This document shows, in pieces, positions 1 through 8,466 of a stretch of 64,000 nt of DNA. A program made the position numbers and the translations under genes. Location of the stretch: contig JBMNJT010000005.1 in assembly GCA_050951805.1 (NCBI GenBank), positions 1 to 64,000 on the forward strand, given 5' to 3'. The notes beneath the pieces were generated by a model. It worked only from the letters and a program-made list of their open reading frames with translations, ran no database searches and was not told the origin of the DNA. The stretch comes from Bacillota bacterium (GTDB taxonomy: Bacteria > Bacillota > DTU025). Within the stretch, counting starts at the first letter, position 1; every line of letters starts with the position of its first letter.

Positions 1-54
1 CAGGGCGGTGCCCGCCAGGGCAAAGAACTCGCGGGCCTCGCACTCGGAGACCAT
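1..54 (-). CDS. 5' end of a probable gene running off the left edge (MVSECEAREFFALAGTAL...)
   Basis: ATG at 54 preceded by GAGGT; open frame to the window edge; too short to assign. Confidence 0.3.
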   Translation of the reverse strand, partial: MVSECEAREFFALAGTAL

Positions 55-131
55 CTTCAACCTCGCCTTCAAGACAAGCCTGCCCGCGCCGATGTTTCCG
101 CCCAGCCGCTATCACAGCTTAGTCTCAAAGC

Positions 132-1376
132 TCATCCATCCCTGGTATATGTCAACAACGGCACTCTGACTTTGCGGGGCAGCAGGCAGCCCCGATAGTC
201 TCCTAACAAACCGCGATCAGCCAGACCCCACTCCCATACCGAGCCATCCGATGTCACACAGGCCGAAAGGTGCAGGCCTGCGGCCACTGCCACTGCGCCG
301 GATATACCAGGCACTGGTTTCGGCGTAGCTCGGCTCTTCTCAGTCCCATCGCCCAATACCCCGAAGGAGTTATCTCCCCATGCCCATACTGTTCCATCAG
401 CCGTGACCACTAGACAATGTCCGGCGCCTGCGCTGATTCCTATTGCTGGCGGGAGACCTTGAACCCGCCTCGGGACCATCGTGATCTCATCGCTCACGCG
501 CGCCAAAGACGATGATGAAGCGCCCCACATCCACACCTCGCCATCTGCCGTGAGAGCCATCGAGAAACCTGCTCCGGCCTCGACTCGCACAGCGCGCGGT
601 AGGCCCTCAACCCTTGAAGGCATAGGAGAGCCGCTTGATTCAGCGTCAGCCTCGGCGCCGACACAATCTCCCCACGCCCAGACCGACCCGTCGTTGCAGA
701 GAGCAAGTGAATGGGAGCATCCAGCCGATATGTCCACTACCCCAGAAAGCTCGGCTACTGGCTGAGGAACCTCGCGTGTAGCCGTGCTCCCATCTCCAAG
801 TTGCCCCCAACGATTGCCCCCCCATGTCCATACAACGCCTTCGGAAGTCAGCGCCATGCAATGACCTCCACCGGCATCAATGGCAGACATGGGAGGAAGT
901 CCGGCAACTCGCCTTGGCTGGCTGCGGTTCCAGTTACCTTCTGGATAGTCGCCCCATGTCCATACGCTTTCGTCCAAGCCAAGAAGCAGGTTCTTCGAGA
1001 TGCCTATCGACACAGCCTTGGCCTTGGGCAAGCCCGGAATGGGCCTCGGACGCCTACACCAATTTCCCCACTTCAAGAGTAGTTGACCCCAATAACTGTC
1101 TCCCCAGCCCCACACGATCCCGTCGGGCGCTACAGCCATCCCACACACTTCAACTGTGATTAACGAACGAACATCAGTAGTCACATCCCCTATCTCCACA
1201 GCCACGCCACTCGGTTCGGCTTGGACTGTTGATTGCAGTGATGAGAAGCTGAAGCGCCCCAGATCGTGCGATGCCCACGCATCGCCGAAAACAAGCAGTC
1301 CAATGAAGACCGACGCAAGCGTTAGCAATGACAGGCCTGCATTCAGGCTGGAAACTCTGGTCTCTTGGGTCCTCAT
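132..1376 (-). CDS. secreted/membrane-anchored RCC1-repeat (BLIP-II/ATS1-like) beta-propeller protein; candidate immunity/accessory protein of the Rhs module
   Basis: AGGAGG RBS 6 nt before ATG 1376; N-terminal hydrophobic signal (LSLLTLASVFIGLLVFGDAWA); repeated AGxxHxxALxxDGxVWxWGxNxxGQLGDG units. Confidence 0.85.
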   Translation of the reverse strand: MRTQETRVSSLNAGLSLLTLASVFIGLLVFGDAWASHDLGRFSFSSLQSTVQAEPSGVAVEIGDVTTDVRSLITVEVCGMAVAPDGIVWGWGDSYWGQLLLKWGNWCRRPRPIPGLPKAKAVSIGISKNLLLGLDESVWTWGDYPEGNWNRSQPRRVAGLPPMSAIDAGGGHCMALTSEGVVWTWGGNRWGQLGDGSTATREVPQPVAELSGVVDISAGCSHSLALCNDGSVWAWGDCVGAEADAESSGSPMPSRVEGLPRAVRVEAGAGFSMALTADGEVWMWGASSSSLARVSDEITMVPRRVQGLPPAIGISAGAGHCLVVTADGTVWAWGDNSFGVLGDGTEKSRATPKPVPGISGAVAVAAGLHLSACVTSDGSVWEWGLADRGLLGDYRGCLLPRKVRVPLLTYTRDG

Positions 1377-3260
1377 AATAGCCCTCCTAGCACATTCGTG
1401 GGCACTAGGTTTCCACGGAGGCCCAATAGGAAAGGACACATGCCCATCTCCATTTCCAGGTATCCTAGTCCCATGTATATACGTCATACTCATACCAGCA
1501 CTCGCGATAATCATCGTATGCGGGCCACCTATATATGTAGTTGAATAGCCATTCCTCATCATTGTCGAGGAATCATGCACTCCTTCGTAGCGCGGCTCCA
1601 ACACGGACAGCATTTCTGCAAGCTGGGCAGCGCCACAGCGTTTGTCTGCGCTGCCCGACCCGTACAAGGGTTCGAACTCATGTCTCAGCTTTTGATCGCA
1701 GACGGCAGAGATGATTTCGGGAACAACTAGAAAGCTTGTGATTTCCTCGCTCGCCATTCCTAGAGCCGTTTTCGCCAAGCCCGAGGCATCACCGGCAACA
1801 GCGTCCAGGGCCAGATCCATAACATCCAGCAGTAATCCCAGTTGCTTCGATGATAGTGATAGTCCATGGGCCGCTGCAATCTTAAACGGATCATCGAAAG
1901 TCATTCCTACCCGGAAACACGTTACCATAAGCACACGTGAATCTCGCTTGCTAATCATTGACTGCCTGCCATATGAGGTGCGGTAGATCTCAAACATCCC
2001 TGTTGGATCTACGTATACCATGGGATTCCCGCCGCAATATGCGTACCAATTCAGCCCGTCCCTCGCCGGATCTCTGCTTATGAACCTCCCTACCTCGGGG
2101 TCATATTACCTGGCCCCGAAGTAGTAGAGCCCTATAGCGCCATCCTCAGGCTTTCCAGTGAATCTGTGCGCTCCGCTGGCCAGCGGCCCTGTTGATGTGG
2201 CAACCAACCCGAACGGTTCATATTCGAACCTCGCTGCGACCTCGCCCGAAGAGTCGGTGATCGCCCTTATGGATCCTAGCAAGTCGGTGTGGCAAAAGTA
2301 GACTTCAGCAGGATCCGAGTCTTGCTGTACTACCTTAGCCAAGTGTTTCCCGTTCAGGACAAGGTAGCATGTGACGAGTCTGTCATACTCCGTCACCGGG
2401 GAAGTGGGCGGGTCGCCCGTGCCGGGATCGTCTGGATCGGGATCATCTGGGTCAGGATCCTCTGGGTCATCAGGCGGTGGAGTCGGCGGATCCTCAATTA
2501 TCGGACCAATCGGATCGACTATTATCGGGTCGCCCGGGATTGCGTTTGGCCCAGCGTTCGAACCCGCAGCCTGCGACATTGTGCGAACCTCGTACACTAT
2601 ATCGTTCCCAGAGTGCAAGGTTATGGTAGTCGTTTCGCCCTGGATCGTCTTTATCCTGCGGCCCATGGCGTCGTACTCGTATTTCGCCAGAGCCACGCCG
2701 TCCACCTTCACCTCGTTCATCAGGCGCTGAGCGCTGTACGCATAATCCGTTCTTGTCTGGCCTTGCGTCTTTGATGTCAACTGCCCGTATGGCCCCCAGG
2801 AGTAGGCTGTCGTCCCCCGGGTCCTAAGGTAATTGCCGGGCAAGTACTGGTACTGCACTGTGCCAGTGTCCGACCAGCTTTCAACCGTTCGATTGCCTGC
2901 CCCGTCATACTGGTAGGTTGCGTTGGCCATTCCCCCGGGCCTGGGAACCTGGGCAAACGTGAGCCTGTTGATCCGGTCGTACCCGTAGTTCAGCTCAAAC
3001 GGAGAGCCCCCATTGATCCCAGATATGCGGGATACATTCCCTTGGGACGTGTACGAGTAGCCAAGTTGCAGTATGTTTTCAAACGGCTGTTGCCTTGTTG
3101 CAGTTATGGACTTCAGCCTGCCCTGGGCATCGGTCGCATAAGCGGTGCTCACCCCGTTGATCGAAGTAGAGCTTGCAAGATGGCCGTTGGCATCGTATGT
3201 AAACCCCACCTGCCCCGGCTGGGACTCAGACCCGTAAGCAGATTGATGTCGCATGAACAC
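1377..3260 (-). pseudogene. 5'-truncated Rhs/YD-repeat protein with Rhs-associated core and C-terminal domain; in-frame TAA at 2106-2108
   Basis: YD repeats (YDANG, YDRINRL, YDGAGNR, YDAMGRR), HTDLLGSIR, YEPFG, then GLYYFGAR*YDPEVGRFISRDP...NWYAYCGGNPMVYVDPTG in one frame. Confidence 0.85.
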
Positions 3261-3970
3261 GAACGGTCATGCAGCATAGTGAATAAAGGTATGCAAGCAG
3301 GATAGCTGTAATGCGCCGGCGGGTGGACGGCGCTCTCACGGGCTCAAAATGGCTAGTCGCGAAGTTGCCGAAGAACGCCTTTTTCATATCTTCTGCCTCG
3401 TGCCGAAAGCCACATGCTTGTTTCGTTGGGATATAGAAGACGATGGCCCTAGGTCCGATTTGTGGCTGGATTGTATGGTAACTATGTCATTCGCGGTGTT
3501 TTACCTAATCCTTTCGCACCGTTCTGCTTCTTAGTCATAAACGCACCAAATTGGCGCATCGAACACACGCTCTCTGTAATTCTTAGGTTATCACTAACTG
3601 CGCACATCTTCCGACAGGTTGGAGCAGGTCTCCCAGTCAGTTTGCCAAGCCGCCACATCACGTGAACGACTGATCTCAACATCGAATGTCATCTTATCGC
3701 GCAAAGCGCCCATAGAGCTTGCCTGCTACGCATGAGGCAACAGTCTTCACGGGCAGCACTCGCTAGCGGGACGACAACAAACAGCCTGAGGACACACAGC
3801 AATGCTCGGCGGCGCTTGGCGACACTGGCACGGCCCCGTTCCGCCTGTCTTGACTAGACAAAGTGGTTGCCAATAAGCCATTATGAACTTGCCCGGCCGC
3901 GACCGACCGCAATTGTGCCTGGCAAGAACGAGGCCGAAACCTGCCGGCCTATCGATAGAGGCAAAACCAG

Positions 3971-4267
3971 ATGGCTGAGAAGATAAGTGAGAAAACCAAG
4001 AAGATGCTTGTTCACATATACGCTCTATTCCTGGCGTTAGGAGACAGGCGAGTTCCCTGGCACGCCAAAGCAGTGGCAGCAATAACCGTGGGATACGCTT
4101 TCTCCCCAATAGACTTGATCACCGAAGGCCTCATGGATGAACTCCGTCTCAAAGTCCAATCCATGACGGACAGGGAAAAGCCAACCAGTTGGATCGCAGG
4201 GGCCGTTGTCGTCAGTATATGGGCACTGGCGATCATTGCCATAGTTCTCAAGATCATTCGAAGGTGA
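3971..4267 (+). pseudogene. YkvA/DUF1232-family membrane protein with apparent internal in-frame deletion
   Basis: DRRVPWHAKAVAAITVGYAFSPIDLI matches the family, but the following PDFIPxxGxLDD motif is missing. Confidence 0.65.
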
Positions 4268-4344
4268 GATTATTGGGCCACCAACCACAGACTTGGACAG
4301 CGTGTATGGGTAGCCGAGGGGCATGCCCCCATCCCTATAGGAAA

Positions 4345-4375
4345 GCGCCGGCAGGGAACCACGCCCCGCCGGCGC
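4345..4375. terminator. GC-rich hairpin between convergent genes
   Basis: GCGCCGGC...GCCGGCGC inverted repeat; no clear U-tract. Confidence 0.35.
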
Positions 4376-4425
4376 CGCCATGCATCTTAGTATCCTCGTC
4401 GATCTACGGCCAGTCTACGCCCTCG

Positions 4426-4935
4426 CTACCATCTATCCATGTGGATCCTTGACTCGTCGTATCTATCAGCCGTCTCCCTCTCCTCTCCGGGTCGGCCCAC
4501 CGACACGATCGACAGGGGAACCACATTGACGGGAATGCCGAGGATCTTCCTCAGATCCTCCACCCGCTCCACAACTGGATGAACTCCAAGCCAGACCGCG
4601 CCCAATCCCAATGCCGTTGCCGCCAGCAGCATGTTCTGCGTGGCAGCTGAACAGTCCTGCACCCAGAATCCATCATACTTCTGCTTTTTCACATCTCCGC
4701 ACACGACAATGGCAACCTGAGCTTGCTTGAGCATCTGCGCGTACTTATGTATCCCCGTAATCTCATTGAGCGTCTCTTTGTCCCTGATCACTATGAACTC
4801 CCACGGTCTCTGGTTGCCAGCTGACGGGGCATGCATCGCCGCCCTCAGTAACTGCTTAACTTCGTCATCGGTTACAGGCTCGGAAGTATACTTGCGAATG
4901 CTGCGCCTGGTTAATATAGCCTCCATGGCATCCAC
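4426..4935 (-). CDS. nitroreductase family protein
   Basis: RRSIRKY, APSAGNQRPWEF, QNMLLAATALGLGAVW motifs; GTG start behind GGGAG. Confidence 0.92.
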   Translation of the reverse strand: MDAMEAILTRRSIRKYTSEPVTDDEVKQLLRAAMHAPSAGNQRPWEFIVIRDKETLNEITGIHKYAQMLKQAQVAIVVCGDVKKQKYDGFWVQDCSAATQNMLLAATALGLGAVWLGVHPVVERVEDLRKILGIPVNVVPLSIVSVGRPGEERETADRYDESRIHMDRW

Positions 4936-5312
4936 TTGCTGACTCCCCCCCAAGTATGAGATGACATCTCGTTATTGGCCGACTCGACACAGCTTAAGCC
5001 GCGTAAGTCAGATAAATACTGCCGAATTCGCTGTGTTCACGTGATAGGCTCCCGTATCGTCCCCCTCCCATGTTCACTCAAGTCGCGCGACATGGGTTCT
5101 CCCGACCAGTGCCACACTCTGCCCATACGAAAACCCGCATGGCATTGCCGCCATCGCCCTCGCAAATCTACGGTTCAAGCAGGATATCGCAGCCTCCAAG
5201 GCGAAGAACAGGCGCTTGGAAGCAAGTAGACTCTACGTGCCTTAATCCGCGCAACGAGCGCCGGGATAATCAGTCACAGCCAACACCTCCGAAACAGCGG
5301 GAGGCGGACCAA

Positions 5313-6299
5313 ATGTTCGGATACACCAAACCTTACGGCCAACACAGCCCGGCCAATGCGGCGAATGTGCCTCGACAAGGGGCCCAGCCATGCCGAAATT
5401 TGGCTGCTAAAGAAACTTGCAGCTACAAAGCCCATTACTGCGGACTCTGTTTCGCTCTTTCGCGCCAATATGGCCCGCTTTGGCGAGCCTGCGCCAATTT
5501 CGACTCCACGCTCCTGCTCCTGCTCATGTCGGCACAGCAGCCGGACGCGCCCACGCTCACAAAAGCCTTTTGTCCATTGGGAGCACCCAGGCGGTATTGC
5601 GTCATAGACGGCGATGAACTCTTCATGAAAATAGGTTCCGCTTTCACAGTCGCCATGGTAGACTTAAAAAGTCAGGATGCGATCATAGACGGCGCCAGGG
5701 CGGCAAGACCGGCACGGCTTTTGGGCAGGCGCGCCTTCGCCCGAGCCGAGAGAGTCCTTGCCGAAAACCACTTCGACGCATCATCTCTTGACGAGATACA
5801 AAAGCGCCAAGGAAAACTGGAATCGATGGCTGTCGAGAATCCCCTGAGCGTTTCCTTTGACGATCTGGCTGCGCCGACCGGGCACGGGCTCGCCAAGGTC
5901 TTCGAATATACGGCCGACCTCGCCGGGCTCCGCCCGAACGCCGAGCCGCTTCGGAGAATAGGCAATGCTGCAGGCAAGATCATCTATGCCGCCGACTGCC
6001 TTGAAGACCTGGAAACCGACCTTGCCCGGGGGCGCTTCAACGGCTTGGCCGCATGTTCCATGGTTGTTCCGGGCACTCTGATCCTAACAGGCGAGGCATC
6101 CGCAGGACTCAAGTACCTACTAGACCGATGCCGGGCCGAGATAGCATACGCTCTTCGGGAGCTAGAGACCGTGCGCTACCGCGCCATAATCGAAAACATA
6201 CTTCTTACATCGCTTCCGCTGCGCGCATCCGAAGTTTTGGCGTCGCGGACGGAATCCGGGCACGAACCAAACCATCACAAGGTGGATGATATAGGATGA
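5313..6299 (+). CDS. DUF5685 family protein (predicted helical isoprenoid-synthase-like fold)
   Basis: MFGY start behind GGAGG; YKAHYCGLC motif; acidic motifs KSQDAIID and YAADCLEDLETDLARGRFN. Confidence 0.8.
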   Translation: MFGYTKPYGQHSPANAANVPRQGAQPCRNLAAKETCSYKAHYCGLCFALSRQYGPLWRACANFDSTLLLLLMSAQQPDAPTLTKAFCPLGAPRRYCVIDGDELFMKIGSAFTVAMVDLKSQDAIIDGARAARPARLLGRRAFARAERVLAENHFDASSLDEIQKRQGKLESMAVENPLSVSFDDLAAPTGHGLAKVFEYTADLAGLRPNAEPLRRIGNAAGKIIYAADCLEDLETDLARGRFNGLAACSMVVPGTLILTGEASAGLKYLLDRCRAEIAYALRELETVRYRAIIENILLTSLPLRASEVLASRTESGHEPNHHKVDDIG

Positions 6300-6769
6300 A
6301 AATCGAATCATTGAAGATAGTCATAGACAGCGACGAGCTCGAGGCCGCCCTCAAATGCATTGAGATGCCGCAGAACGTGAGGATACGTGGCGCTCACTTC
6401 GAACCTGACGAACTCGTAGTCGATCTCTCTGTGCTGGCGCCTATCCCCCTATACCCCTCATTCCACGTCTGTGTGATTCAGGCCGCTGGCCCAACCGTCT
6501 CCTTTCAGGTCTCCACCCCGCTCATGACAGGGCTGGTTGATCGTTTCATATCAAATGCAACAACGAACCTCCCTGATGGCGTAGCGTACCTTGGCAAAGG
6601 CATAGTAAGCCTCGACATACCCACGCTGGCAAATGGCACCGTCAGCTCGATCAACATAAGAGGTATCCAGTTTGAAGCGGGGCACGCCACTGTCGCAGTG
6701 GATGAGATCGACATCGACATCTCAGCCATCACTCAGCTGAGTTCGGTCAACCGACCCGGGTCCGTTTGA
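6296..6769 (+). CDS. hypothetical protein with two internal beta-rich repeats
   Basis: ATGA overlap with DUF5685 stop; IRGAHFEPDELVVDL / IRGIQFEAGHATVAV repeat. Confidence 0.7.
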   Translation: MKIESLKIVIDSDELEAALKCIEMPQNVRIRGAHFEPDELVVDLSVLAPIPLYPSFHVCVIQAAGPTVSFQVSTPLMTGLVDRFISNATTNLPDGVAYLGKGIVSLDIPTLANGTVSSINIRGIQFEAGHATVAVDEIDIDISAITQLSSVNRPGSV

Positions 6770-7457
6770 GGATCGCGAGGCCCCCAAAGTAGGCCGGCCG
6801 GTTCACCAGATACAGCATTGCGCCATAGCCCATGCCGACTACAGGCAGGATAATCCGCATCCAGTCCACGGCCGCTCCGACAACTGTATCGGCTGATATA
6901 TTCGCCAATGCCCAAAACCTCTCGAAAACATGGTAGCTAGTTGCTGCCATCGACCCTACGACATCGGATACCTTAGCGCCCATCAACGTCGCCAGCGCCC
7001 ATATGCGTGCAGGGTATAGAAGGGCATAGCTTAAGAGAATCATCGCCCACCATTTGCCGGCGCTCCAGGTATCGTGCCTCCTGAAAGAGGCCTCGGCCTT
7101 GCTTTTGTCAGTTTCAGTATTCAGGAGGCCAACCTCACATCTATCATCAGCAGCCTCGTCCCCATCAGGCCCGCCCGTCGGCAACATCAACCCGATCGGC
7201 GTGACGAGGAGCAAGGAGTCCAACAACTCTTTCGGGCCATACGCCAGGCCGACCAGAGCATTGAGACCCACAGCCGTCATCGTCGACCAGTGCCTTCCGT
7301 GCCTCGAACCAACAATGGCAATAAGGCTCGCGCTCATGTACTTGAAATATGGCCCGATACCCGGCATGGGCGCAAACACGTGCCACATGATCCCTGCTAA
7401 GGCCATGGCAATAGCTGATTCCGCGAGCGGCCTCGCCCCATTGTTTTTCTTTGCCAC
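6747..7457 (-). CDS. DUF2232/YybS-like integral membrane protein
   Basis: N-terminal ARPLAESAIAMALA resembles YybS; several TM segments; GTG start 1 nt after the upstream stop. Confidence 0.6.
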   Translation of the reverse strand: MAKKNNGARPLAESAIAMALAGIMWHVFAPMPGIGPYFKYMSASLIAIVGSRHGRHWSTMTAVGLNALVGLAYGPKELLDSLLLVTPIGLMLPTGGPDGDEAADDRCEVGLLNTETDKSKAEASFRRHDTWSAGKWWAMILLSYALLYPARIWALATLMGAKVSDVVGSMAATSYHVFERFWALANISADTVVGAAVDWMRIILPVVGMGYGAMLYLVNRPAYFGGLAILKRTRVG

Positions 7458-7458
7458 C

Positions 7459-8466
7459 TCAATCAGGCTCCCAAAACCACGATTCGAACATGTCTTTGCA
7501 GATGGACTCGAGAGCGTGCCTCTCGAAACTTTCGGGGAATGCCGACAATGCCCTGACAGCCTCCTGCTGGAGATCTTCCAAAATGCCCTCGAGCCACTGG
7601 CGAACAGGCCCTTCCTCTAAGAGCACTGACATCTCGATCCCAGCTTGCTTCGCCCCTTCCGCGTCTCGCCGCGCCTGGGCCGAAAGCGCCGCCAGCCGTT
7701 CCTCCCCTACTTGCATCGCAAGGCCGACCATGGGAAATCCGACTCTCTGTTCCTCGAGGTCGCCCAGTGAAGCGCCTTTTGTGTTTGAATCGAACCCTGT
7801 GAGATTGTTGATGTCATTTACCGTCTGAAAAATGAACCCAAGAAACCTTCCATACTTCGCAAGCGCATCGATCTCCTGCGCATTGCCTCCTCCAAGAACC
7901 GCACCTATTGCCAATGACTGTTCCATGAGGGATGCGGTCTTTCCCGAAATCACCCTCACAGCGCAATCAACGGTCGGGGCTCCGCGCCAAGGCATAAGTT
8001 CAAGCAGCTCACCTCGGCACATGTCGTAATGGGCGGCGACAAACCGCTGCCTCGCCCTCCGAGCAGCCTCCCCACGCACGAGATCTTCCAGACCATCTAT
8101 AGCCCGATAAGCCCTGGCTACGAGGAGGTCTCCCATGATAACGGCTCTTTGAGCCCCATACACATGGCAAAACGACGGCTTCCCTCGCCTCAGAGGATCC
8201 CCATCAACGAGGTCGTCATGGATTAACGAGGCTTTGTGGAGCAACTCCACGGCCAGGGCAGCAGGAATCCAAATCTCTTCGTCCTCTCCCCCGCACATCA
8301 CGAACGCGGTCTGCAGCAGGCAAGGACGAAACCTCATTCCGCCGCCTACAGCAGCCCAGTACATTTTCTCGAATTCGGGATCCAGGTCACTGCAATCCGC
8401 AAGCGCCTGCTCAACCCTGCGCACAATGGGACCGAGCCGCTCCTGATAAAGCGCACGCGTATCCAT
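7459..8466 (-). CDS. polyprenyl synthetase family protein with degenerate second aspartate-rich motif
   Basis: GGMRFRP, ELLHKASLIHDDLVDGDPLRRGKP (FARM), GKTASL, FQTVNDINN in place of FQxxDDxLD. Confidence 0.9.
   Translation of the reverse strand: MDTRALYQERLGPIVRRVEQALADCSDLDPEFEKMYWAAVGGGMRFRPCLLQTAFVMCGGEDEEIWIPAALAVELLHKASLIHDDLVDGDPLRRGKPSFCHVYGAQRAVIMGDLLVARAYRAIDGLEDLVRGEAARRARQRFVAAHYDMCRGELLELMPWRGAPTVDCAVRVISGKTASLMEQSLAIGAVLGGGNAQEIDALAKYGRFLGFIFQTVNDINNLTGFDSNTKGASLGDLEEQRVGFPMVGLAMQVGEERLAALSAQARRDAEGAKQAGIEMSVLLEEGPVRQWLEGILEDLQQEAVRALSAFPESFERHALESICKDMFESWFWEPD

Noticed and set aside
132-2021. 629-aa ORF as one genuine protein
   Set aside because: Its first residues are the tail of the Rhs core (PMVYVDPTG) and an internal RBS plus signal peptide at 1376 marks a separate gene
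2106-2108. Programmed readthrough or Sec/Pyl recoding of the Rhs stop
   Set aside because: The codon is TAA at a conserved Tyr; TAA is used as a normal stop elsewhere in the window; point mutation or error is simpler
5070-5312. N-terminal extension of the DUF5685 ORF (and similar extensions on the DegV, ARH, SIS and SBP ORFs)
   Set aside because: Family-typical starts with good RBS lie downstream; the extensions are ORF-caller artefacts
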